A stretch of DNA of 45,057 bases, the filler included, from Jimgerdemannia flammicorona (taxonomy: Eukaryota), in NCBI GenBank assembly GCA_003990765.1. It is 2 parts of 2 records of this genome, joined end to end, with 100 filler letters (N's around TTAATTAATTAA, not from the genome) between each part and the next. Parts side by side here need not be neighbours in the genome. Positions count along the whole stretch, not along the records: positions 22,581 to 45,057 come from RBNJ01001271.1; 1 more part is not named here. One strand, given 5' to 3'. The position numbers and the translations under genes were made by a program. Below, in pieces: positions 22,619-34,263 of the stretch (position 1 is the first letter of the stretch; the number at the start of each line of letters is the position of its first letter). Under the pieces are notes generated by a model. The model saw nothing but the letters and a program-made list of their open reading frames with translations, was not told the DNA's origin and ran no database searches.

Positions 22619-23157
22619 CGGAGGTACAGAATCACTAAATTCACCGAATCACTGATCCGAGAATGGCTCTCGCTCAATAAAGCCCGCATCGTCGCGTATA
22701 TACACAACTCATTGCCCCTGCCATCTGGCGGACCGGGCTGTCTTGATTCAGCCGGCCTGCTCGATGCTCGGCGTGATGTCTACCACATCCATTGTTAATA
22801 CCTCCACAAGTTTGAACCAAGGGCATGAAAATGCCCACGCCGAACAAAGTCGATAGGCATACCAAGCGCGATTGTGAGGAAGCTAAATTACGCAAGCCTC
22901 AATAGTTCACAGCCCAAATGGCAATTAGTAGTATATACATGTCCGATATTGAGTAATATCGCTTTTAGCGTTGCTTTCCCTTCAGATTTTCTGGCGACCA
23001 TTCAACAAGGTTTATTTGTTACAACTGCGGGACAGTATATACACTTCTTTTCGAGCTTTGATGGTTGAAGCAGTGTTGGACGGACTGACCGCAGAGCGAA
23101 GGAATGTGCATGACGAGAAAGATACCTCGAATACAAAGGCCTTTCATCAGCGTGCGA

Positions 23158-23191
<34 letters not shown>

Positions 23192-23276
23192 TGCCTGATC
23201 CTGGGATATTAACTGACAATGATGAGGAAATACATTATAAGCAGGGCATTGGCAAGTAAAAAAAATCGGTTTAGAA

Positions 23277-23979
23277 ATGAAGCTTATTATCGTAGCCTTC
23301 GCCGTCTGCGGCATCGCTGCGTCCTGTGTTTTCGCTTTCTCCGTCAAGAGGGGCCCAAGTAAGCATATTGCCTTCATAACGTTATTGCTGAATTTTATCG
23401 CTTTCGATGTTTTCGACATTGCATTCTCGTTGACCGATCCTCCGTCACACATCTTTTACTATAATGCTTAAAGAAATTTCCAAGAAGTCGATTCCCGTCG
23501 ATCCCAAGCCCACCCATACCACCTCCACGAAGCCAAACCACCTGAGGCCCATCGCCAAACCTTTTCCCAAGGTTGCCAACAATTTGGTCGCCCTGAACCT
23601 GGACGTCTGCATCCGATTGTGCAAATTTAGGTTTGACACCTGCAAGAAAGAGAAGTTGCGCAATGACCCTAAGAAGAAAAGGCGTCCCGCCTCCTCCTGC
23701 TGGGCTACTTCGACCCCTATCTCAAGCGATTCGATTTCAGTGAACCCGATCCTTATTGCCGGGCAACCGACTCAAAGTAAGCAGTATTTTCAGTATCGAC
23801 TTCATCTGTCTGTGCTTGTTATTCTAGGTTGTGCATCTTTGCACTATAGTCCCGGATTCTGTGGACCGGGTGCATCAACCGCAATCCGCCTCCGGCGAAA
23901 GGCACAGACACCAGTGGTGCCTCAATCAACTAGACAAGTGCGTCCGCAAATGTCCCAATCAGAGGATGATGATAGATAA
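23277..23979 (+). CDS. Putative small secreted Cys/Lys/Pro-rich protein; possibly degenerate at the 3' end
   Basis: Signal-peptide-like MKLIIVAFAVCGIAASCVFA followed by FSVKR. Phase-compatible GT-AG introns 23359-23473 and 23777-23827. CIRLCKFRFDTC motif. TATAA about 40 bp upstream. Confidence 0.55.
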
Positions 23980-24756
23980 ACATGGATAGACTGTCCATGT
24001 GATATAACCTTTTTATTTTGTTTAGAGTGTTTATGGTGTTTAGATATCGCTTGCATTTGACAATAACGTAGAACCAAAGAAAAAATTTCTCAGCATAAAT
24101 ATATAAAGATTTTCTATCTTTACACAAACTGCCGTCTTGCTGTCGGAGCTACTTGTGAAGAATGGTAGATCGTTCTCCGCGCTTGCTTAGGATCGCTCTG
24201 CGATATGATGGCCAGCAATGAATTTCTGGCAAACAACGAACAAAACGTCGGAAGTAATGTGTCCGCTTGTTTTCCTTTACGGGGATAATTTGTAAGGTTG
24301 CAACCCGACTACAGGGATGGCGTTCTAGCAAGAGTGTTGTAATAACCTGCGCAGAGATCGTGCAAGCTTTTTATAGCAGGACTTAGTTGAAATACGATAC
24401 AATTCGTCATTACCACATGCTTCCAAGAAACATTGGCGCGTGTACTTCTGTCCTCTCACCACCGCGCTCTGACTCGTCGACTCTCTTGGTAAAGTTTCGT
24501 TGGAGCGTTGATAAGCTAAAAAAGCGTAGGAGATTTTACATACATGCCAACATCCATTGAAATCGTTCGATTCATCGCGTAAAAAGAAAACCAGCAAAGC
24601 CTTTACTACAAATGATACCGCAAGAGATGTTTCCGCCATTACCACAGGACCTAATATGATACAAAAGCTCAAATTCACGGTTCCAAGTATTGTCCATTCT
24701 ATAATTAACCATTGTTCGATTGCACTCTTGTCAGCCGTCATCGCCGAACCACCCCA

Positions 24757-25947
24757 CTACATATTGTACAAGTCCTTCGCTTGGTATCCCTTACTTGACG
24801 GAAGCCGTGACAAACGGGGCAACTGTTCTTCAATCAGCCGCACAAAATCTTTGTGTATTCTGAGGTCATATGCGGGGCTAAAGATGAAGATACTTTCCAT
24901 CTTCGTCCACGCGCTGAAGTCCGAGATACCCTCGCCCGTAAGGCTCAAGGAGGGGTTTTTGATGAAGAGGCGGCGCATGAATCTGGAGCGAGAAGCACAA
25001 AGCGCAAGGAAGCGGTCGGAAACGGCGCAGATATTGGAGAGCCGGAGGTTCTCGAGGAGCCGACACGAGTCGATGAGATGGCAGAGGGCGTCATCGGTGA
25101 TGTGTTGAGGAACCTCGGGCCCGGCCTCCAAGCCGATATCAACCAGATTTGGGCAGTGATCAGCAAGCGCGCGAGGCAAGGAGTCGCGGAATAGGTTCGG
25201 GCAGTCGACGATGCGGAAAACGCTCATCTGCGGACCCCACGTGCGCAGAGATTGCTCAAGTTTTGAATGTGATGCGTTGCCAAAATTAGCGAGTTTGAGG
25301 TTGTGGATGTTCCGGAGTGCAAAGATATGGTCAAGAGAGATAGCTTCGGGCGTGTGACGTTTGCTTAAACAATCAATTTCCAGGCTTTCGATTGATTCGG
25401 GTAGATGCTGCAGAATGATATCGCCTTCCTGGCCGAAAGCGCTGATGCCCTTAACTTGCAGACGCTTGAGATTGCGGGTCAAACCGGGAAAGAGGGTGGA
25501 CAGGAGCACAGAGAGGGAGGGCTGTTTGGCAATGGAGTACTCAATTGCGAGCCGCGAAAGCTGGCCCGGCGAAAGAAACTGCAGGATGCCAACGAGTGGT
25601 AGTAACAGCTCGGGCCAGTCACTACGGTCTGGTCTGAGGCACAGGACAATGCTCGTAACAAAGCCGAAGCCATGAACTAAGCCTGGCCGTGTACTCAAGC
25701 ACGAATCCGTCAAGTGGAAGACTAACCGCTCAAAAATAGCCTTCGCGCGGATGTCGTAACAGTCGAGGATGAGAAATACCCATACTATGGGGAGGGCAGC
25801 TTCGCGCCACTGGCGTGAGACGAGTGAGCAACTAAGCAAGGTAGAGCGGCGAAAATGATGAGAGATGAGGTTCGGGAAGGCTTCTGGGCTAGGTAATAGG
25901 AGTTTGAAAATTGTTGTCAACGTTTCGCGTGGAAGTGTCGAAGACAT
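24757..25947 (-). CDS. F-box-like / RNI-type leucine-rich repeat protein
   Basis: N-terminal LPRETLTTIFKLL...LLSCSLVSRQWREAALPIVW; C-terminal Cys-containing LRRs (LADHCPNLVDIGL, ITDDALCHLIDSCRLLENLRLSNICAVSD). First ATG at 25947. Confidence 0.85.
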   Translation of the reverse strand: MSSTLPRETLTTIFKLLLPSPEAFPNLISHHFRRSTLLSCSLVSRQWREAALPIVWVFLILDCYDIRAKAIFERLVFHLTDSCLSTRPGLVHGFGFVTSIVLCLRPDRSDWPELLLPLVGILQFLSPGQLSRLAIEYSIAKQPSLSVLLSTLFPGLTRNLKRLQVKGISAFGQEGDIILQHLPESIESLEIDCLSKRHTPEAISLDHIFALRNIHNLKLANFGNASHSKLEQSLRTWGPQMSVFRIVDCPNLFRDSLPRALADHCPNLVDIGLEAGPEVPQHITDDALCHLIDSCRLLENLRLSNICAVSDRFLALCASRSRFMRRLFIKNPSLSLTGEGISDFSAWTKMESIFIFSPAYDLRIHKDFVRLIEEQLPRLSRLPSSKGYQAKDLYNM

Positions 25948-27189
25948 GTCTGAAACAACGAGGGAAAAAACCACAAGCCACTTATTCCTGCTAAATTACA
26001 TGCCGGCCCTTGGCATGGGATCGCACCGAGGAACCCGAGGCCTGACTACCAAAGTAAGTATCGCGGCCGTCAGTATTCGCAAACGATAGAAGTATCCCAG
26101 GCCCAATGAAGACAGGTGGAGGCAACGAAATATTTGATTATTTCTTATCGGCGCATCGGAATATCGTTCCGACTGGTTGATATTTATGTCAATTTCGATT
26201 CCTTTGTAGCTTTATCCGGGTACAAAGGATGGAAAGCAAATGTTTGTAGCTAGCACCTGGTCATCGTCTGGTCGACTGAAACATGGGAGGCGGAGGATGC
26301 AAACAAATGAATATTTGCGTAAGCTTTTATACTGCCAATGCTTCCGCGGCTCCGTGGTTGGCTGCAGGTCGCCTTTTTTGGGTGATGGCGAGATGTTGAC
26401 GGCAACGGAGAACAACGTGGTTAATGTCATATGATATTTGGGGTCGAACGAGTGTTGCATAATATATATATTATTCGGGGGCTGAAATGTTGTGGCCATG
26501 TGATGAACAGCGTGGTAAATGGTGCAGTCACAAGGGTCCAGAGTCAATTTGGACACGCTTGCACACTTGTGTGACTTGCAATTGCAATCCAGTATCGGTC
26601 TTCATCACCATTATATCATAACGACGTTATTGCATGGGACATGCCACTACTGCTGCTCATGATTATGGATGGCATTTGAAGCGAAATATCGAAATATCGA
26701 ATATCACGATTGGGTAGCATCTGCTTGTTGCCTACCTACTACTACCTATTGGCATGGACACTGATATTCATGCTCCTATGTTCCGGAATGAAAGAGGCGG
26801 AAGGGCCAACAAAAGCAAGATGTAGGATGGGGGGGAGCCTCGGACAATAATTAATTACAATGGAAACAATAGAAACAGTGGAAGCAACGTTGGAACTTTT
26901 CTAATTTTTCTGTTACACGCCCATTGTGATCGGAAATTTCCCGATCAGGAATCAGTAAAAGAATAAAAAGGCTTTATCTACTTTCTTTTTCCCGCTTAAT
27001 TAATTACAAAGACATCGCGCCGAGTTTCATCCAATCATTCCTTCTCACACGCGACCGTCAAGTCACCGGAAGGCCCATTTAACCTAAGGTTGTCCCCAGC
27101 ACTGCAACCCAGGTTCCTCGTGACTTGACCCCCTCACACTTACATTCGTTTTCCACTCTCGCCCCGTTCCCCAAAACCGACCGCTTTCA

Positions 27190-29042
27190 ATGGACCAAAC
27201 TCTATCCATGGCTTCAGCTGACGACCAAGCCAATTCCTGCAAACCCCTCATCAAACCGATGTCAGTCAGATCTGAGCCCCGCTCCCCCATGGAAATACAC
27301 GAATTATCGGACGCTGAGAACGGCGTCTTCGCCGACCCGCCCAATCCCCAGACTGAAAAGCGCACGTTCAAACCCGTGTCTGTTAAAGACGGTTTCATGA
27401 ACATCGCAAAATCTTCCTATGTCAACGTCCTCATTATATTCGTGCCACTCGGAATCATCGCGAAACTCGTCGGTTGGAGCCCGACTGTCATCTTTGTTCT
27501 CAACTTCTTGGCTATTGTCCCGCTGGCGAAGCTCTTGGGGTATGCCACAGAGGATTTGTCGATCAGAGTCGGTGAGGTAAGTTGTAGAACAGGGTTTGCG
27601 GGAAAAAGAAAATCCCTCTCTTCTGTTCGAAATCAAACACGCCATTTAATCTCATCTCTCTACCTTTTCCTTATTGTCAGACCCTTGGCGGCCTGCTGAA
27701 CGCCACCTTCGGCAACGCCGTCGAGCTCATCATCTCCATCATCGCACTCACCAAGAACCTCATACGTATCGTGCAAGCCTCGATGCTGGGCTCGATCCTC
27801 TCCAACCTCGTCTTCGTCCTGGGATTCTGCTTCTTCTTGGGTGGCCTCAAGAACTATGAGCAGGAGTTCAACGCTACCGCCGCTCAAACCTCTGCCTCCC
27901 TCATGGCCATCGCAACCTCTTCCTTGCTTCTCCCCGCCGCCTTCGTCGCATCTACCTCAGGATTAAATGTCGAAGACTCTATCCTGAGTATCTCGCGCGC
28001 AACGGCCATCATCCTCTTGGTTATTTACGCGGGGTATCTCTATTTCCAGGTTAGAGATTGCTGAAGTAACCCTGTTTCCGCTAATATTCCCATACCCCTC
28101 ATTATTTACACATCATACTTTCTTTGTCTTTGCAGTTGAGAACACACAGTGCTTTGGTAAGTATTCGAAATGATTACTGGACCACATGCGTCAGACACAT
28201 TCCGGGTTGTCGCAAACCCCGCGCATAGTTTCTCCTCATTTTTGTTTTATTTTTCAAATCATCAATTTAACAAACCCCAATTTTCTTCTCCATAGTTTGT
28301 GGCAACTGAAAAGGCTGGAAATGATGAAAGCGAGGATCCGCAAATGCCTCTGTGGATGGTGTTAGCTCTGTAAGTTTTACAGACTCTTTTTATTCGAGAA
28401 CCACCATTATCATCAGGTCTTTGTTCATCTTTTTACCCAACCTTTTTTCAGCCTCGGCTTTGTCACGGTTTTGGTCGCCGTTTGTGCCGAGTTTCTCGTC
28501 GGCGCCATCGACGAAATCGTCCTTCAGTGGCACCTGACCGAGACCTTTGTCGGTCTCATCCTGCTGCCTATCGTCGGCAACGCTGCAGAACACGTCACCG
28601 CCGTCACCGTCTCCCTCAAGAACAAGATGGACCTGGCCATCGGCGTCGCCATCGGCTCCTCTATGCAGATCGCACTTCTCGTCACCCCGCTCATGGTCAT
28701 CATCGGTTGGATTATCGGCGTCAAAATGACTCTCTACTTCAACGTGTACGAGACCGCTGTCATGTTTATCAGCGTACTAATCGTGAATTACCTTATCGGC
28801 GTAAGTGTTCTCTTTTGCATTTTTTTTCTGTTCAATTTCCGAAAGGAATACTTCATCGTACACCAGATACTGATAACCTTGGGTATCGTCTCGATTTCAC
28901 CAATCTACAGGACGGTAAATCAAACTGGCTCGAAGGTCTCATGCTTCTCGGCGTCTACCTCATCATTAGCATCTCCTTCTTCTACTTTCCGGACCAAGCT
29001 GGCTCCGGCCTGAACGGAAACTCGACGACGAGCGCACAATAA
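27190..29042 (+). CDS. VCX1: Vacuolar Ca2+/H+ exchanger (CaCA/CAX family), 6 exons
   Basis: Exons 27190-27576, 27681-28049, 28136-28156, 28296-28369, 28452-28800 and 28911-29042. Alpha repeats [13 protein letters not shown] and [31 protein letters not shown]. Confidence 0.93.
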
Positions 29043-30946
29043 GCCTTGCGTGCACGTTGATTATTTTGCTTTTCTCGCGAGTGCTGTCCGTGCATTGTAT
29101 ATATACATGTATAACTTGACCGTGCCTGTACATTATTAATATTGACTATTGACGTTTGTTTTAATTTATTAAAAAGAAAGAATTGAACAGTATTTATGAT
29201 GGTGTAGTGGTTCCCGCGAATTGCCTCCGTCTTTTGAGCTCGGTCATACTTAGCAACATTGCCATCACCCGAAATACTGTATTACGATTACCACGAACTT
29301 GGCGCCATCAATCGTTAGCTATCATCCACAGCGTCCACTGTGAAGTTGAACTTGCATAATTACCTGTTGCGACCTTGAAAACCGGTTTCTTCGGTGCGAA
29401 TCTGGATTTCGTTTCACCCAGCAGATAGTGCAACCACGCTTACGTTGACTTTCAACATAGCAGAACACACGCCCCACACCGCCAATATGTTATACCTGTT
29501 ATGTATAGCCACTACCCTAAATGAGTAGACGAACACATATATCTTGGTATCGCATTTTGAGCTCGGTTAACCAAACAGGACGCCAGCGCCGACATGACGG
29601 ACAAACTGGTAAACCTTTTTGCGGGTTCAGAATAACCTTTAAGCTATTGCCTGTGGGGGAGGTTTCCCGCGGGGACCTTTCGGCAACACAAAAAGGTTAC
29701 CCAATTAGGTAAATAATTTGTCGCGTTAAAGAAAATAGGTAACCGCGCTTGAGTGGTTTTGGCTGGTTTGAAATAACAGATCAAAAAGATCTTTAAAAAA
29801 AACGTTGATACTTACACGTCCTCAATCCGATTCTCCACGTATAGCCGCCGTGTCCCGTCGCAAGGTATGAGTCAACTGTAAATACTTATAAGAACCCGCC
29901 GACCTGCAAATTTAACACATCGTTTCTAATTTGACTTGAGCAACTTGTCAAAAGTCACGTGCAAGAGCCATGGTCAAGGACAATTTTTCCGAACGCACAG
30001 GGTGTCAGATCCACGCGGTGGCCGCGAAGGTTTAGGGAATTTGTGAAGCTGGAGGGGGGACCGGGGTGGGGTATATATGAAAACAACCACCCCCACGAAA
30101 TTTTCAAGGTTATACAGGTTCAAACTTGAATATTGTTTGCCGTCGGAACCGTACTTTCCGTCCAATTGGAAACGGTCCCCACAACAAAAATCATTTTTCC
30201 CAGACTCGCGCATACGAACGTTTCCAATGGCGATGAGCGCAGCAGCGAACGGTAACCGAGTGGAGGTCAAGACTATGAAACTATGCACATCCCAGCCGTG
30301 AAACCTAGCTTTTGGGATTTCACACTATCCCATTTGGCCGATACTAATAGAACAAAAGAAGGTTGGTAAATAACAGGTTTGACAAGAGATTGAATAGGCG
30401 TCTTAATACGATTATCATTATGAATACCCCCACTTCAAGTCCAGATACCTGACGTATATCAGCTTCTGCACTTTAAGCTCCTGGGCCGTTATCCATGTTG
30501 TCCCCGTGCACACTGACATGATACACCAGTAATTCTTTTTTTTTTTTTTTTTTAATCAAGGAGGGAGCGTTAAAGTAGTGAACGAGAAAGCGGAGGAGAT
30601 GGTGAAATGAGATGGATTAGTTTGAGCGCGAGTGATTCTTTTATACGTTGAGGATGCAGAGGGCTTTTTTCGATAGTCTTGGTTGCTTTAATGGTTCGCT
30701 CTTCAGACACAACCAACGCCGTCTTTATAATTGGCTAAGAACGATTATGTATAATTTATTGGCCCAACTACAATATATTTTACATAAGTTTCATGACATC
30801 AGCTTTGCAGCACCAGAAAAGACATGCGAAAACGTGGGTTACATATATATGTGTGTGAATACAAACACGATGGTTTTACGAGTGGTTGGGATGTTTGAGC
30901 TATCACGAGAAACATCCTGATGTTTTTTTATCAATCCGGACCAGCT

Positions 30947-32520
30947 TTAGTACTCGTTCTCACTCTCAACGCCCTGGACATCTTTGATATTGTATTCCTC
31001 GATGACGGATTCAAATATTTCAGCTTCCTTCTCTGCGGATTCGAGATGGTCCGTGAAGTCCTTACCCTTGTGTTCTTTCCCCATCAATGTCATGACTATA
31101 ACACCGAAGAACGCAATCGCCATAAAGATAGCCTGGGTAAGGGCATAGTTTGGTATAGGCTTCTCTTTGGAGTCGAATACGAGATTCTGGTTGGAGTCAA
31201 CCACGGGAAACTTCTCACCAAGCACGGCCTCGATCTGAGCCGAAGCGGAAGATATGAGGTTTCCGATTTGGTAGCAGAGACCAGGGAAGGTTCCCCGGAA
31301 CTCGGGCGGCGAGAGCTCATTCAAATGCGCTGGGATGACGCCCCAGGCGCCCTGGACGAAGAACTGAAGCACGAATGCACCGAGCCGGAGGGAGTCCATG
31401 TTGGGCCCGAAGGCCCAGAGGGCGATAAAGCAGCCGCCGAGGATGGCACAGACGACGATGGCGCGCCGCCGGCCCCAGTGCTCCGAGTAGTAACCCACGA
31501 TAGTACCACCGAGGATGGCGCCGATGTTGTAGATGACGGCCGTGATTGTGACGTCGGCGGAGCTGTAGTGCATCTGCTTTTGGAGGAAGGCGGGGTAGAG
31601 ATCTTGGGAGCCGTGGGACATGAAGTTGAAGAAAGCCTGGAAACAGTCGAGGGAGGCGGTAATGTAAACGTGATTTGTTTAACGGCGAGCGTGCACGCCG
31701 TTTTATCGTAGCGATTTGTAAACAATTTTTTGATGCATACCATGAGGATAATGGCGTAAATAATGCGACCGTAGTAGTTTTTGAAAACCTTCTTAACTTC
31801 ATCCCAATACGTGCGACCTTCACGCTCACGAAACGCCTTCGTCCTCTCGAACGTATCAGACTCCGGCACGAAGGCACGAATGAAGATGATCAGCACAGCC
31901 GGGAAGCTCGCAACATAAAACACTACCCGCCAGGACGCTCCGATTCCCGTAACGATAGCATAGTTAAACAGCGCTGCCAAAAGATAACCTGTGGCATACC
32001 CCTGCTGCAAGATCCCCGAGAACAGACCCCTCGCCTCCGCCGGGAGGGACTCCATAGCAAGCGACGAGCCCAGTCCCCACTCGCCCCCCATAGCGACGCC
32101 GAAAAAAGCGCGCAGTACGACGAAGGTGGTCAAGTTTGGGGCGAAACCGGAGGCGAGTTCGATCGCGGAGTAAAGCAAGATGTCGACCATGAGTGGCCAC
32201 TTGCGGCCGAAGCGATCGGCCAGAGCGCCGAAGATCAGGGCGCCGACGGGACGGAGCATGAGGGTGAAGGTGATGGCGGATGTGACATCCGAGACCTCGA
32301 CGCCAAAGTCCTTGGCGATTGACGCGGCCGTCATGGAAACAATGAAGTAGTCGAAGGCATCCAGGGACCAGCCGAGGAATGCAGCCGCGAACGTGAGGCG
32401 TTGGTTTTTATCAAGCTCTTTAATAAGTTGCCAGGGACTCTTGTACTTCTTGGCCCTTATGGGGAATTGGTCGGCCATCGGCTGGGTGACGACGTCGCTG
32501 AGTTGGTCTTCAATTTCCAT
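30947..32520 (-). CDS. JEN1: MFS carboxylate/H+ symporter (SHS/Jen family), 489 aa, one intron at 31637-31740
   Basis: FLGWSLDAFDYF, LRPVGALIFGALADRFGRK, GVAMGGEWG, SGILQQGY, NFMSHGSQDLYP, FFVQGAWGVIPAHLNELSP. Confidence 0.93.
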
Positions 32521-33418
32521 CCTTCAATAATGGTGAGGAGGCAGAGGATGGGTCTATCAGTAACTGTCTGCGCAACTTAATGACTTTTCTGTAATCAGGA
32601 TTTAAGGTTTATGGTTTCTCGATAGAGAAAAGACATCTCGTTGTCTCAGTCAACTTAGGATATTGCCTTGTAACGGATTTCCAACAATGTCATGTTGACC
32701 ATCGTTTTCTAGTAATTTGCATGATTTGTATAGCCCTTTTTTGCTCTTTGCCAATGTCACAAGACTAATAGTACTTGTTTCTGATGAGAGGGAAATGTCA
32801 GGTACGTATAAAATGAGGTGAAGACTTTGTCCATGAAACAGAAGGAAACGGACGGCGTGTGACGCCCTGCCCTGCAAATCCAGCTATCAATAGAAAGGTA
32901 TCCAGTCACGTGTTGTCAAGAGCAGCCAAACAAAGTGTATTTTATATACAACGCGGGGAATAAAATATAACCACCACGACTACCTCCCGCCTTGTTTTTG
33001 TCTTGCGAAAAGGTTCAGATACGTGTTTGTATCGACCGCAACCAAAAATCTGAGCTGGAAGGAATTAAATGTGATCAGGAACGAAGAGTGGGCAAAATTA
33101 CACGATACATGACAAAAAACCATATATATCATACATGCAAGCTCATACATGCAAGCGAAAAGCAAATGTAAAGGGGAGGAAACAAAAATGCGAAGCGGGC
33201 ACAGGAAACACAGGAAGTGGGAAATTAAGAATACAGTCTATTACACTTGTGTCCATAGTCTTTCGTGCACGGGTGATGTTAAGTGGAATGGAGGACGCGC
33301 CTCCGCGAATGTGGGGTAATAGAGTTCTCTTCAATCTCACCGTCTCCGCACCTCGCTTCTCCATCGCACCATCGCCTGACATCCTCTCATCTTGACCAAT
33401 CCATCCACCGCACCCTTT

Positions 33419-34224
33419 TCAAAGCTTCCCAGCCTTGACCGCCGTCATGCACAGCCCAATGGCAGCCACATAATCACCATTAGCCCGATCCAGATATGAC
33501 TTGAGCGTCTCCCTATCAACATGCGGCAGCACGGCGCACAGATCGTTCAGCCCCTTGTCCAACGTTGATTTCATGACCTTCTTCGCCCTGGCGGAAGTGC
33601 TCGTGCTAGCGTTGAGGCTCACGCTGGCGGGTCTCGACGATTTACCACTGGTGGAAGAGGTCGAGGTAGTGGAGGTCGAGCTGGAGGGAGAAAGAGCGCT
33701 CTGCGAGCCGGCCTTGGGAGGTGAGGACGAGGGCGTGCGCCTGGATGTACTAGGTCGCTGGGTGGTCGAGGACGGGGGCGAGAGTGTGGGTTTGGCAGAC
33801 TTGGGGACGGCCTTACCGTTGGGCGAGGTAGGGACGTCATTGGCAGATTTCTCCTCAGTGGATGAGGTCAAGGTCTCGGATTCCTTCGGAGCAGGGGCTG
33901 TCACCTTAGGTGTCTTTGGCGGAAGCCTGATGGTCGTGGCCGTCATCGGCTTTTTGTGAGAGTTCGAGGTCGAGGCGGTCGTCGCCTTCGGCGGCCCCCT
34001 AGTCTTGGACGTGGCCGGTGTCGTCGTTATCTTCGGCGGCGGTGTCGTCGTCGCCGTTGCCGTCTTCGGCGGAATCGTCGCCGTCTTCGGCAGCGGCGGC
34101 GTCGTCGTCTTCGGCGTCGATGTTGTCGTCTTCGGCGTCGACGTTGTCGTCTTCGGCGTCGACGTTGTCGTCTTTGGCGTTGACGTTGTCGTCTTCGGCG
34201 GCGGCGTCGTCGTCTTCGGCGGCG

Positions 34225-34263
<39 letters not shown>

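Noticed and set aside
30920..32322. Long plus-strand ORFs (263 aa, 215 aa)
   Set aside because: Antisense shadows of the GC-rich JEN1 coding sequence.
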